DNA of 64,000 nucleotides, taken from NCBI GenBank assembly GCA_051313645.2, contig JBNRSN020000016.1, positions 111,290,001 through 111,354,000 of the forward strand. The letters run 5' to 3'. How positions within the stretch are numbered: position 1 is the first letter of the stretch; each line of letters opens with the position of its first letter. The notes under the pieces were generated by a model. That model saw only the letters and a list, made by a program, of their open reading frames with translations. It did no database searches and was not told the origin of the DNA. The translations under genes and the position numbers were made by a program. Below are positions 23,340 through 36,226 of this stretch, in pieces. Source of the stretch: Centroscyllium fabricii (taxonomy: Eukaryota).

Positions 23340-23693
23340 GGTGAGTGCTTTGCTTTGCTGCCTTCCGCGCCGGTGAGTGCTTTGCTTTGCTGCCTTCCGC
23401 GCCGGTGAGTGCTTTGCTTTGCTGCCTTCCGCGCCGGTGAGTGCTTTGCTTTGCTGCCTTCCGCGACGGTGAGTGCTTTGCTTTGCTGCCTTCCGCGCCG
23501 GTGAGTGCTTTGCTTTGCTGCCTTCCGCGATGGTGAGTGCTTTGCTTTGCTGCCTTCCGCGACGGTGAGTGCTTTGCTTTGCTGCCTTCCGCGCCGGTGA
23601 GTGCTTTGCTTTGCTGCCTTCCGCGACGGTGAGTACTTTGCTTTGCTGCCTTCCGCACCGGTGAGTGCTTTGCTTTGCTGCCTTCCGCGCCAT
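23340..23693. repeat. 32-bp minisatellite (about 11 copies, runs into the gap)
   Basis: GGTGAGTGCTTTGCTTTGCTGCCTTCCGCG(CC/AC) units. Confidence 0.95.
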
Positions 23694-23834
23694 NNNNNNN
23701 NNNNNNNNNNNNNNNNNNNNNNNNNNNNNNNNNNNNNNNNNNNNNNNNNNNNNNNNNNNNNNNNNNNNNNNNNNNNNNNNNNNNNNNNNNNNNNNNNNNN
23801 NNNNNNNNNNNNNNNNNNNNNNNNNNNNNNNNNN
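23694..23834. other. Assembly gap (141 N)
   Basis: Run of N. Confidence 1.
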
Positions 23835-23852
23835 TAGCTTACATACCTGCCT

Positions 23853-24190
23853 ATTTAGAAAGATAGGAGCAGGAGTAGGCCATTCAGCCCTTCAAGCCTG
23901 CTCCACCATTCAATGAGATCATGGCTGATCATCCAAACCCTGTAACCTGCCCTCTCCCCATATCCCTCGATCCCTATCGAGCCTGCACCGACACATATCC
24001 CACCCTATTCCCATAACCCCACATATTCAATCCCCCTAACACTAAGGGTAAATTTATCCTGGCCAAAAACCCACGCAGACATGGGGAGAATGTGCAAACT
24101 CCACACAGATAGTACCCGAGGCTGGATTTGAACCCGGGTCTCCAGTGCTGTGAGACCGCAGTGCTAAGCACTGTGCCACCGTGCCGCCCT
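23853..24190 (-). mobile_element. HE1-like V-SINE with CR1-type tail
   Basis: tRNA-like head (GGGTTCAAATCC B box), V-domain GTGTGGAGTTTGCACATTCTCCC, CR1 tail; matches 58305-58700. Confidence 0.85.
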
Positions 24191-27100
24191 ATATACTCAG
24201 CCTGTGTATATACATACAGACAGTTCTCTATTTGTTCCTCCTGCTTCATAATTTGCATTGCCCCAAAATGACTCTACCCCCTGCATAATAGGAAACTACT
24301 GACACAATGATTCAGTGATAAAACTTATAAAGTAATCAGCTTCTATTATTCTTTAATGGGCTGTAGCAATGATTGGGGGCTGTCAGTGGATGGATAAGAG
24401 GATGTTCTATTGAAAAATAATAGCTCGGGGCAGCGCATTAAAAGAAAAGAAAAAAAAAAACGAACTTTGAACTAGTTCATTTTTGAGCTGCGAACTTAAG
24501 TTCAAAATTCAAAATTATGAACTATGAACTTGAACTAGTTCATTTTAAAATGTTTGAACTGAACTTTGAGCTAGCTCTTGTTAAGTGTGAACTTTCCCAA
24601 CACTGGCCTGGGCCTCCTTCTCAACGGAAGAGTGTCGGGTCTCGGGGCCCTGCAGAGTGCGCGAGAAGAAGGCCACGGGTCTGCCCGCCTGGTTAAGGGT
24701 GGCGGCCAGGGCAAAGTCGGACGCATCGCTCTCTACTTGGAACGGGATGGCCTCGTCCACAGCGTGCATCGCGGCCTTTGCAATGTCTTTTTTTATGCCG
24801 CAGAAGGCCGTGCGGGCCTCTGCCGACAGGGGAAAGGTGGTTGATTTAAGTAGTGGGCGGGCTTTGTCTGCATAGTTGGGGACGCACTGGGCATAATAGG
24901 AAACGAACCCCAGGCACCTTTTCAGGGCCTTGAGGGAGTGGGGGAGGGGGAGCTCCAGGAGGGGCTGCATGCGGTCTGGGTCGGGACCGATGACCCCATT
25001 CTCCACAACACTGCCGAGGATGGCGAGGCGGGTTGTCCTGAACACACATTTTTCCGTGTTATAGGTCAGGTTCAGATTTTTGGCGGTGTGGAGAAATTTC
25101 TGGAGGTTGGCGTCATGGTCCTGCTGGTCGTGGCCGCAGATGGTCACATTATCAAGATACGGAAAGGTGGCCTGCAGTCCGTACTGATCAACCATTCAGT
25201 CCATCTCTCTTTGGAAGACCGAGACCCCGTTGGTGACACCAAACGGAACCCTGAGGAAGTGGTAGAGGCGGCCATCTGCCTCGAAGGCAGTATAGTGATG
25301 GTCCTCTGAGCGGATGGGGAGCTGGTGGTACGCAGACTTCAGATCGATGGTGAAGACCCGATACTGGGCGATCTGGTTCACCATATCCGCTATGCGGGGG
25401 AGGGGATACGCATCTAGCTGCGTAAACCGGTTGATGGTCTGACTGTACTCCACAACCATCCGGTTTGGCTCCAGTCTTCACCACCACTACCTGCGCCCTC
25501 CAGGGGCTATTACTGGCCTCGATGACCCCCTCCTTCAGGAGCTGCTTCACCTCAGACTTGATGAAGTCTCTGTCCCCGGTACTGTAGCGCCTACTTTTGG
25601 TGGCGACGGGCTTGCAGTCCGGGGTGAGATTGGCAAAGAGCGAGGGGGGGCGACCTTAAGGGTCGAGAGGCCGCAGGTAGCGCGCTGTGGGTACTGCGGG
25701 GAGCACTGGTTGCTGACTGTGAGCGGGGGAAGGGGCCCACCGTACACCATAGTAACGCTCTGGAGGTGGCACTGGAAGTCGAGGCCCAGCAGTAATGGAG
25801 CGCAGAGCTGCGGCAGCACGAATACTTTAAAAATCTGGAAGTGTACGCCCCGCACTGTCAGGGTCACTACTTAACGACCGCAGACGTCCGCAGATTCGGA
25901 CTTAGATGCCATCAAGATTTTTAGGTTAGCCGGCATGACTGTAAGGGAGAAGCGCTTTACCGTATCTGGGTGGATGAAGCTCGCCGTGCTCCCGCTGTCG
26001 CAAAGGCAATCCGTACTCCGCCCGTTCACCTGCACCGTCATCATGGATCTGCTCAGTGGCTGGCTCTTGTTCTGGTCGAGTGTGATGGAGGCCAGTATCG
26101 GGTCGGTCGAGAAGTCTGGGGCCTGGTCCCAAGATGGCTGCCGCCACGCGGCGGGCTGTGATGGAGATGGCTTTGTCCAAGATGGCGTCTGCTCCCACGC
26201 GGCGGGCTGTGATGAAGATGGCTGTGTCCAAGATGGCTGCCCCCACGGCCCACACGCGGCGCTGCCCGGTTTGGAGGGCGGTATTGCCGCTGCTCTGCAG
26301 ACCTTAGCGAAGTGTCCTTTCTTACCGCACTTAGAGCAGGCCGCGTCTCTCGCCGGGCAATTTCGCCTGGGATGTTGGGCCTGGCCGCAGAAATAACACT
26401 TAGGCCCTTTCGAGTTCGTAGCCGCAATCATCTCTTCCGCCGGTCGCGGCGCGGCGGCTGAGTCCAAGATGGCGGCGTCCACGATGTGCCCGCATGGTCG
26501 CCCGAGTAAGAAGACATGTTATGGGATGCCAAGTCCAGCGCATTCCCAAGGTCAATCGTCGCCTGCAGGTCCATGCCATTCTGTTCCAATAGTCTCTGGC
26601 GGATGTAATCGGACCTGAGGCCAGTCACATAAGCGTTCCTGATGAGACTTTCCGAGTGCACCTGGGCTGTCTGTGACTTACAGTTGCAGGCCCGGCAGAG
26701 GACTCTCAGCGCTCGTAGGAACTCCACGCTCGTTTCCCCGGGTTGCTGCTTTCTGGTGGCCAGGAGGTGTCTGGCATGGACGAGGTTCGGTGTCCGGTTA
26801 TATTCGGCTTTCAGAATTCGGGTCGCCTCTACGTAGGACGTAGCGTCCGCGATTATAGAGTAAACTTGAGGGCCCACCCGGGCATTGAGAAGGTGCAGCT
26901 TGTCCTGTTCCGTCTGGATGACCGCCGCGTTGGCTGCGAGGTACGCCTCAAAACAGCTGAACCAGTGCGTAAAAGTATTGGAGGCGCCTGGTGTTTGGGG
27001 ATCCAGTTCGAACGTCGCTGGTTTGAGCATGGTCTCCATGGTTAAATTTAGCTAATAAAATTGATACCGTATCAATGACCTCGGAGACGAGAGGTTACGA

Positions 27101-27329
27101 GGTGAACAAAAGGCTTTTATTAGCTAAAAGGTTGGGCATGCACCAGCTAGTCGACTGCTCCCGGAATGAATGGGGGGAGGGAGACAGTCGCTTATATACC
27201 TGTCCTGGGAGGAGGAGTCACAGGCGGGGTTAGCATGGGCATGCCCAGGCAAGCAATACACAAAGAAGTATATACAGAGTTACAGGCCGTTGGTTATATA
27301 CATATATATACACAGAGTGGTTTACCACA

Positions 27330-27625
27330 CTTGGTTTGCATTTTTGATGATGTGGAGGTGCCGGTGTTGGACTGGGGTGGACAAATGCAAGAAGTCACAC
27401 AACACCAGATTATAGTCCAACAGTTTTATTTTAAATCACAAGCTTTCGGAGCGCTGCTGACGAAGGAGCAGTGCTCCGAAAGCTTGTGATTGAAAATAAA
27501 ACTGTTGGACTATAACCTGGTGTTGTGTGACTTCTTGCATTTGCATTTTTGATGGCTTTGCTAACTTGTGTTGCAACTTTTAGTGATTTGTGTATTTGTA
27601 CTCTGAGATCCCTTTATTCCCCATA
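27330..27625 (-). mobile_element. Probable upstream piece of CR1 #1
   Basis: Reads RDLRVQIHKSLKVATQVSKAIKNANQ, the segment normally about 20 codons before LYRTLVxPHLEYC (7933). Confidence 0.7.
27350..27539. mobile_element. Penelope-derived inverted mini-element with hammerhead core (27457-27489)
   Basis: Two opposed terminal-repeat arms; 15-bp flanking repeat TTTGCATTTTTGATG. Confidence 0.85.
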
Positions 27626-27629
27626 CTTT

Positions 27630-28320
27630 CCTTATTAGCTGGGTATCAAATATATGAGCTGGGAGGTTATGCTTGAACTGTAAAGAACACTAGTTAGAGT
27701 ACAGCATTCCGTTTTGGTCACATTACAGGAAAGATGTGATTGCACTGGAGAAAGTACAGAGGAGATTTACGACGATGTTGCCAGGACCAGAGAACTTTAG
27801 CTATGAGGAACGATTGGATAGGCTGGGGTTGTTTTCTTTGGAATAGAGGTGACTGAGGAGAGGTCTCTTTGCCTGACGAAGGGGCAAAAGCTCCGAAAGC
27901 TTGTGATTTAAAATAAACCGTTGGACTTTAAACCTGGTGTTGTGTGACTTTTTGCATTTGTCCACCCCAGTCCAACACCGGCACCTCCGCATTATAAAAT
28001 TATGAGGGGCCTAGATCGAGTAGACAGGATGGACCTATTTCTCTTAGCAGAGAGGTCAATAACCAGGGGGCATAGATTTAAAGTAACTGGTGTAAGGATT
28101 AGAGAGTTGAGAACTGTTTTCACTGAGAGGGTGGTGGCGGTCTGGAACTCTGCCTGTGAAAGGGTGGTAGAGGCAGAAACGCGCATCACATTTAAAAATG
28201 CTTGTGATATGCACTTGAAGTGCTTCATTCTACAAGACGACGGATCAAGCGCTGGAAAGCGGAATTCGGCTGGACGGGTCGAATGACCGCCTTCTGTGCC
28301 CTAAGTTTCTGGGATTTTAT
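27630..28320 (+). mobile_element. CR1 3' fragment containing a Penelope terminal repeat (27872-27992)
   Basis: MRGLDRVDRMDLF...TRGHRFKV; insert has CTGACGA...GAAA core. Confidence 0.8.
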
Positions 28321-28323
28321 ATG

Positions 28324-28800
28324 AGTGCGCGCGCACTAAATAACTGAACATCTCAAGCAGCCCGGAACCTTTCGACAGGCAGCAGAAGTGGAGGGAAGGA
28401 GTTGTGTGTGAGACGAGAAGTGGCGTCCGAGAGGTGAGAGTCCGGGGGCCTGGTATCCAGGGGCTGAAGAGGGGGGATGCCGGGGCTGAGGGGCCTGGTG
28501 TCCGGGGGACCGGGTGTCCAGGGTCTGGTATCCAGGGGCTGGGGAGCCTGGTGTCCCGGGGCCGGGTTGTTTGAATGCTGACTGAGCCCGAGTTTGGGGC
28601 CGGCTTCTTTCCCCGGGTCAGTTTGCCTCCTGCGGCCGGGACTGCCGCGGGGAGACAGTCCTCATCGACCCAAGCCTTTGGGTTCCGTGTGAGGCCGGGG
28701 CTTCTCTGTAATGTATTCGGGGCGGTGCGAGTTGAGTTTTATATTCGCCGCCAGACCGACTGTAAAATCTCGTCCGATCAGCGGCAGTTCATGTTCTCAC
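28324..28800 (+). promoter_or_regulatory. Candidate host-gene CpG-rich promoter and non-coding first exon (donor GT at 28434)
   Basis: Palindromic NRF1-like TGCGCGCGCA (28326-28335); ETS CCGGAA near 28362; GAG|GTGAGA donor; downstream GGG-rich tract; no obvious repeat origin. Confidence 0.6.
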
Positions 28801-28914
28801 TGCCTTGTGTCCATCAGGAACCGTGGCCTTCATTGCCCAGGGAGAAGGGATGGATTGCGGGGAGGGGGGCTTGTCTTAATCTCTGAGACTCTCTTCCGCG
28901 TCCAATGTGATCGA

Positions 28915-29590
28915 AAGACTTGTAGTAATCGCCTTTCACGACCCCAGTACGTCCCAAAGCGCTTGACAGCCAATGAAGTACTTTTAAAGTGTCGTCACTG
29001 TTGTAATGTGGAATACACGTCAGCCAATTTGCACACAACCAGGTCCTACAAACAGCAATGAGAAAAAATGACCAGATCATCTGTTCTCTGTGGTAGTTCA
29101 GTGATTAATATTGGCCAGGACACTAGAACTCCCCTGCTGCTCTTTGAATAGGGGGGAATCTAGGACAAGGGGACCTAACCTTAAAATCAAAACCAGGAGA
29201 GAAGTGAGGAAACACTTCTTCATGCAAAGGTGGGTCAAAGTGTGGAACTCCCACAAAAAGCAGTAGATGCTAGCTCAGTTGATAATTTTAAATCTGAGAT
29301 TGCTAGATTTTTGCGAGACAAGGGTGTAAAAGGACATGGAGTTAAGATACAGATCAACCATGATTGCATTGAATGGTGGAACTAGCTTAAGGGTTTGAAT
29401 GGCCAACTCCTGTTCCTATGTTCCGAGTGCCATGGTATCTTTTCCATCCACATGTAAAAGCACATTGGACCTCCTCAGTACTGAAGTGTCAACTGAAATT
29501 GTGTGCTCAAATCTGGAGTGGGACCTGAGCTCAGGTTCTTCTAACTCGGAGGGAGGCAAGCGTGCTGCCACTGAGCCAAGTCTGACGCCA
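28915..29590 (-). mobile_element. Deu-domain-type SINE (SacSINE1-like) split by a CR1 3' fragment (about 29150-29420)
   Basis: CAGCCAATGAAGTACTTT...CAGCCAATTTGCACAC; similar to 61010-61380. Confidence 0.65.
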
Positions 29591-30864
29591 GATCGGACCA
29601 GAGGATCCGACCGTTTCCTTTTACATGGATCATGAAGGTAACACTTCATGATCCAATATTCAGTGAAATCAAAATAATGAGAACATGACTCGTCGATCAC
29701 AATGGGCATTGCATTGGTGCTCCTGCTGTAGACCGTTTTTTTAAGGGAGGAACAATAGTAAACTATATCTTAGACCATTTTGTTTGATAAATTTATATAT
29801 ATTCTGTCGGGAAAATTGGATGCATATTTTAAGCAGAAGATGTCGTCCAATGGGGAAAGAGCAGGGCAGTGGTATGAACTTTGAATTGCTCTAACAAAGA
29901 GCGCAGACACAATGGGCTGAATGGCCTCGTATGTTGTAAACCTCTTTGAAGCTGTAGTTTTTTTCATTGTTTTTAAGATACCGTCCGGCTGCTGTATTTA
30001 TTTAATGTTGTTCCATGGTTCTTCAAAATAACTGATGAGCTATTTGAAAAGTGAAGGTTACTGATACGTATAGTTCTGTGCCCATAAGACAGTCGCTGTT
30101 CAGCAGTGACCGAGGGGTTCTGAGGGTACATTTGGGTGTATTATAAGAGACAGCATCTTGTTATCTTAGGTTTTGTAATTTCTAGTGTGCGGCTAATTAA
30201 ATTGATAAAGGCTGTGTCATGTGGTCGTGGTTCTCTTCATGAGGGGCTGTTAGAACATAAAAACTTGGAGTGGACCATTTGGCCCCTCGAGCCTGCTCTG
30301 CCATTCAATAAGATCATGGCTGATCTTCTACCTCAACTCCACCTTTTCCTGCACTATCTCCATATCCCTTGATTCCCCTAAAATCCAAAAATCTATCGAT
30401 CTCTGTCTTGAATATACTCAATGACTGAGCCTTCACAACCTTCTGGCGTAGAGAATTCCAAAGATTCACCACCCTTCTGAGTGAAGACATTTCTCCTCAT
30501 CTCAATCCTAAATGGCCGTCCCCTTATTCGGAGATGGTGACCTCTGGTGACCCCGGCCAGGGGAAACATCCTCCCTGCTTCAATCGTGTCAAGCCCTGTA
30601 AGAATGTTGTATGTTTCAATGAGATCACCTCTCATTCTTCTAAACTCTCGAGAATATAGGCCTAGTCTACTCAATCTGTCCTCATAGGACAATTCCCCCT
30701 TACCAGGAACCAATCTGGTAAACCTTCGTTGCACTCCCTCTATGGCAAGTATATCCTTCGTTCGGTAAGGAGACCAAAACTGTGCACAATACTCCAGGTG
30801 TGGTCTCACCAGGGCCATGTATAATTGCAGTAAGATGTCTTTACTCTTATACTCAAATCCTCTT

Positions 30865-33800
30865 TGTGATGAAATATATATACTTTCCATCAGCCTGTGT
30901 TTCTACCTTAGACTTACCTGTAATGTGCGTGTATGTACCGCCCACTTTCCTATTGTATGTATTGGGCTCCGCCCCCTGTCTTTTGCCGTATAAAGGACTC
31001 CTGGACTGTGTGAGTCATTCGACCTGGAGCACTCAGTGTGGAATCATGTACCACAGTTCTTAGCTGTTAAAAGCCTACATTGAGTCCTCAAACCTCTCGT
31101 TCGTGTTATTGATGGCCCATATTTTAATAGCTAAAACATCGAGATGGATCGACTCCTGATACCAGAGCGCTTGGATTTGGACCTCCATGCCTCAGACGCA
31201 GCCGCACTGTTCGGACACTGGTTCCGGTGCTTCGAATTTTTTCTTGAAACCTCTGCTGCCACTATAGCAGCCGTGACCACCACCGGGGATGTGAAGCTGG
31301 GAATTCTACGAAATCGGATGAGCCATCGGGTCTCAAAGATGCCGCCGGCTATGAGGATGCCTGCACCACCCTGACGGCCCACTACGTGCGGCCAGTGAAC
31401 GAGGTGTACGCCAGACATCTTCTGACTACCCGCAAGCAGCGGCCTGGTGAGTCACTGGAGGATTTCATGCTGAGCCTAAAAGTACTGGGCAGAGACTGTA
31501 ACTGCAAGGTTGTGTCTGCCACCGTGCACACGGAGGAGCTGATCCATGACGCCTTTATTGCAGGCCTCCGTTCGAACTACATTCGGCAGAGGCTGTTTGA
31601 GAAGGAGAAAATAGACTTAAAACAAGCGATGGACATAGCGCAATCGCTGGATATGGCCCAGAGGACCGCTGAGTCTTATTCCTCAGGCCACGCGGCCCAC
31701 CCTGCCTCGTGCGCGCCATGGGGGCAGCCATCTTGGAAGCCATCTTCGCCTCCCAGACCTCCGGCCAACCCAGCACCATCGGAGTCCCAGCCTCCACCCA
31801 GGAGCCCCACTACTGCCGCGATGCATCGGGCCCGAAATGTTACTTCTGTGGCCAGGACAGGCACTCCAAGCTCCTGCCCAGCGAAGGGCACCACTTGTTT
31901 AAAGGACACTTCAGCAAAGTCTGCAGAGGGAACCCCACCTCCAGCTCCTCCACCGCCGCGTGCGCGCCGTGGGGGCAGCCATCTTAGACGCCATCTTGCC
32001 CCAACGACTCCAGCTCCTCCACTGCCGCGTGCGCGCCATGGGGGCAGTCATCTTGGACGCTATCTTGTCCCAACTCCACGGACCCTCGATCACGGTGGAT
32101 CAATCCAGGCCGCACCCGTTGTCTGAATCAATGATGGACATAAAAGTAAACGGGAACAAGGTCAAATGCCTGATTGACTGCGGGCGCACCGAAAGCTTCA
32201 TCCACCCTAGCCTGGTGAAGCAGCTTTCACTAACGGTAGTCCCTGCACAGGGCAAAATCGCCATGGCTGACAAGACTCATACCTCCCATATTACAGGTTT
32301 TTGCGTGGTCATGTTATCGGTAAAAGGCAATGATTATAAAAATTTTAAACTGTTGGTAATGCCAGATCTCTGTGTGAGCGTGATCTTGGGTCTGGATTTC
32401 CAGTGCCACCACCAAAGTATCACGCTTACCTACAGTGGGTCCCAGCCGCCCCTCACAGTGTGGGGTCTGGCTATCCTGAAGGTCAAGCCGCCCTCCCTGT
32501 TCGCTAATCTCGCACCAAACTGTCGCCCCATAGCGACCAAGAGCAGGCGGTACAGCCGGGAGGACAGGCGGTTCATTGCGGCGGAAGTGGAAAGACAACA
32601 GCGGGAGGGTATCATTGAATGCTGTACCAGCCCGTGGCGCGCCCAGGTGGTAGTGGTTAAGGGTAGCGAAAAGAAGCGGATGGTGATAGACTATAGCCAG
32701 ACGGTTAACCTATACACCCAGCTGGACGTCTACCCCCTGCCCCGCATAGCGGATATGGTCAATGAAATCGCTCAATACCGGGTGTTTTCCCCATTGAAAT
32801 AAAATCGGCATACCACCAGCTCCCCATTAGGCCGGAGGACTGTCCATATACCGCCTTTGAGGCAAACCGATGCCTCTACCACTTCCTCAGAGTCCCCTTC
32901 AGGGTAACGAATGTGGTCTCGGTCTTCCAGAGGGAGATGGACCGCATGGTCGATGAGAACCAGTTAGCGGCCACGTTCCCGTACCTTCACAACGTCACCA
33001 TCTGCGGCCACGACCAACAAGACCACGACTCGAACCTCGCGAGGTTCATGAAAACTGCCCACAGGCTCAACCTCACCTACAACGAGGATAAGTGTGTCTT
33101 TAACACAAAGCGCCTCTGTATCCTGGGCTGCGTGGTGGAAAACAGGGTAATTGGTCCAGACCCCGACCGATTGCGCCCCCTACGGGAGCTACCCCTACCA
33201 AGCACCCCTAAGGCCCTGAAACGGTGCCTGGGGTTCTTTTCCTACTACTCCCAATGGGTCCCCAATTACGCCGACAAGGCCCGTCCCCTCCTGAAATCAA
33301 CGTCCTTCCCGCTCACGGCTGAGGCCCACGCCACCTTCAACAATATTAAGCTCGATATTGAGAAGGCCGCGCTGCGGGCAGTGGATGAAGACGTCCCTTT
33401 CCAGGTAGAAAGCGATGCGTCCGACTTCGCTTTAGCAGCCACCCTCAATCAGGGTGGGCGGCCTGTGGCCTTTTTCTCAAGGTCCCGAGACCAGGCACTC
33501 TTCGGTAGAGAAAGAGGCTCAGGCTATAGTGGAGGCAGTGCGGCACTGGAGGCACTACCTAGCCGGAGAACGCTTCACCCTGCTTACCGACCAGCGGTCG
33601 GTAGCCTTTATGTCTAATAACAAACAGAGGGGGAAGATTAAAAATGACAAAATCCTCTGGTGGCGGATCGAACTCTCTACGTTCGGGTACAACATTATAT
33701 GTAGGCCGGGGGCCCTCAACGAATCCCCCGACGCCCTATCACGAGGGATGTGTGCCAGCATCCAGGGAGACAGGCTACAGGCCCTCCACAATGACCTCTG

Positions 33801-35061
33801 CCACCCGGCAGTCACCCGGCTATTCCACCTTATAAAATCCCGTAACCTGCCCTACTCCATCGAGGAGGTCCGGTCCATGACCAGGAACTGCTGCATCTGT
33901 GCGGAATGCAAGCCCCATTTTTACAGGCCCGACCGAGCCCACCTGATCAAAGCTACACGGCCATTCGAGCGCCTGAGCTTGGATTTCAAGGGATCCCTCC
34001 CCTCCACCAATTGCAATGTGTACTTTCTCAACATTGTGGATGAGTACTCCCACTTCCCATCCGCCTACCCCTGCCCAGACATGACCAGTGCCACGGTCAT
34101 CAAGTGCCTCGGCAGCCTGTTTTGCATGTTCGGCATGCCAAATTACATCCACTCTGACAGAGGGGTGTCGTTTATGAGCGACGAACTGTGCCAATACCTG
34201 CTGTCAAAAGGGATAGCCACGAGTCGGACCACTAGTTATAACCTCCGGGGTAATGGGCAAGTGGAGAGGGAGAACGTGACAGTGTGGAAGGTAGGGAGGC
34301 CTTTAGACCTTAGCATTAAGGTCTAAAGGCCTCCCTGCCTCCCGCTGGCAGGAGGTCCTCCCAGACGTACTCCACTCGATCAGGTCGCTCCGTGCACCGC
34401 GACCAATGTCACTCCTCACGAGAAGATGTTTGCGTTTCCCCACAAATCAACTTCAGGGGTGTCCCTGCCCTCATGGCTCTCCACCCCAGGATCTGTCCTA
34501 CTACGGCAGCATGTGAGGGGCCACAAAACGGATCCCCTTGTGGAGGCAGTACACCTACTGCACGCGAACCCACAGCACGCGTACGTCAAGCACGCTGACG
34601 GGCGTGAGGACACTGTGTCCGTAAAGGACCTCGCCCTGGCAGGAAATGACGGCATCCCACCCTCACCACCCCCAGAATTACCTGCTACAGCCCCAGCACA
34701 TGGGTATGCCCAGGAGGGCACCACAGACACCCGGCCTGAACCCGAGGTACTGTTGCGCCACTCAGGACGGACTATCACACTAAATCTGTAGAAGGGGTGA
34801 ATGTGATGAAATATATATATACTTTCATCAGCCTGTGTTTCTACCTTAGACTTACCTGTAATGTGAGTGTATGTACCGCCCACTTTTCTATTGTCTGTAT
34901 TGGGCTCCGCCCCCTGTCTTTTGCCATATAAAGGACTCCTGAACTGTATGAGTCATTCGACCTGGAGAACTCAGTGTGGAATCATGTACCACAGTTGTTA
35001 GCTATTAAAAGCCTACCTTTGAGTCCTCAAACCTCTCGTTCGTGTTATTGATGGCCCATCA
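30865..35061 (+). mobile_element. Full-length decayed Ty3/Gypsy element E (Mag-like)
   Basis: LTRs 30865-31120 and 34802-35061; 5-bp TSD CTCTT; PPT AGAAGGGGTGAA. Confidence 0.95.
31144..34791 (+). pseudogene. gag-pol: gag-pol of E with multiple frameshifts
   Basis: PERLDLD...GHWFRCF; LIDCGRTES; YLHN; SDAS; HSDRG across several ORFs. Confidence 0.9.
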
Positions 35062-35841
35062 CTCTTATAATCCAGGCCAACATACCATTTGCTTTCCTAA
35101 TTGCTTTCTCCACCTGTATGTTAACTTGCAGTGATTTGTGTACAAGGACACCCAGGTCCCCCTGAACACCAACATTTCCCAATCTCTCACCATTTAAAAA
35201 ATACCCTGCTTTTCTATTTTATTTCCTATCAAAGTGGTAACTTAACTTTTCTCACATTATATTCCACTTGCCATGTTCTTGCCCACTCACTTAGCTTGAG
35301 TCGTCTTCTCCTCATTGCTCCTCCTTGAAGCTTCTTTACATCCTCCTCACAACTAAAATTCCCACCCAGCTTTGTATCATCAGTAAACTTGGATATATTA
35401 CATTTGTTCCCCTCATCCCAATCATTGATATACAGGAAACTAGGGTTGCAAAATTGCGGGAATTTTTAAAAGGGGAAATTTTCCATGGGAATTTATAGTT
35501 TTTTTTCACACTGATGGTTTTTGTCTCTGACCCTTATATTATCTTTGTCATCAAAATAGACATACTGTTCCATGCAAATAAGAAGAGGCTTTCAAAGCTT
35601 TATTTAAGTTATAGTTTTGAACTTTATTGAACCCCCACAAAAAAGACCCATCCAAAATAAAATAAAAAGAGCGTCAGCTTATTTAGCCTGTAATTTGTCC
35701 TTATGTTGTCCCTTTGAGTCTTCTACTCATCATTGCTCCTCCTGATTCTTCACCCATAGAGTGGTGAACCTGTGGAATTCTCTGCCGCAGAGGGCGGTGG
35801 AGGCCGGTTCATTAAATATATTCAAGAAGGAGTTGGATATA

Positions 35842-36226
35842 CAGGTTGAGCACCGGTAATCCGGCACCCGGTAATCTGGCACCTTCAGTGGTCCGGCACG
35901 AATTGAGACCGGCGGTCTTTAGTTTGCGGAGCAGCCGCGCGGCGGCGCCACCGTTTCCCGTGATATAAACAAACATTGTTTACATGTGCGATCGTCACTC
36001 CCAGTGGTCTGTGCTTATTTCTGGCTATAACTTACCCTTCAGTATAGTACAGTAAACTGACGCAGTTTCAGTGAAGGGTGGGCGAGCGCCGAAGGCGTCG
36101 GGCATTTGGGTTGTACCTAATATTGTTATTTTAGGTGTTCTTTACCTAACATTCAGTGGCTCGGAATTTTCAATGATCCGGCACCGGCCTGGTCCCGAAG
36201 GTGCCAGATTACCGGTGCTCAACCTG
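35842..36226. mobile_element. Tc1/mariner (Tigger/pogo-like) MITE inside a CR1 3' fragment
   Basis: TIR CAGGTTGAGCACCGGTAATC; TA TSD. Confidence 0.9.

Larger units (their letters stand above)
23142..24605. mobile_element. Non-autonomous hAT-type DNA transposon in the RNase H region of D
   Basis: TIRs CAGTGTTGG/CCAACACTG; 8-bp TSD GCCTGGGC; subterminal TGAAC repeats; spans the assembly gap. Confidence 0.88.
21790..27329 (-). mobile_element. Ty3/Gypsy element D (sister of B), decayed; 3' LTR missing
   Basis: 5' LTR 27062-27329; gag from 27039; frameshifted PR/RT 24606-26480; RNase H and integrase 21790-23141 (HSDRG, GQVER). Confidence 0.92.
30250..35432 (-). mobile_element. CR1 LINE #3 3' part, interrupted by element E
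   Basis: RPHLEYCAQFWSPY (30393-30864); resumes at 35062 through a degenerate KF-DDTK motif. Confidence 0.85.

Noticed and set aside
23125-23693. Repetitive Lys/Arg-rich ORFs or a CRISPR-like array
   Set aside because: Head-to-tail 32-bp minisatellite with no unique spacers.
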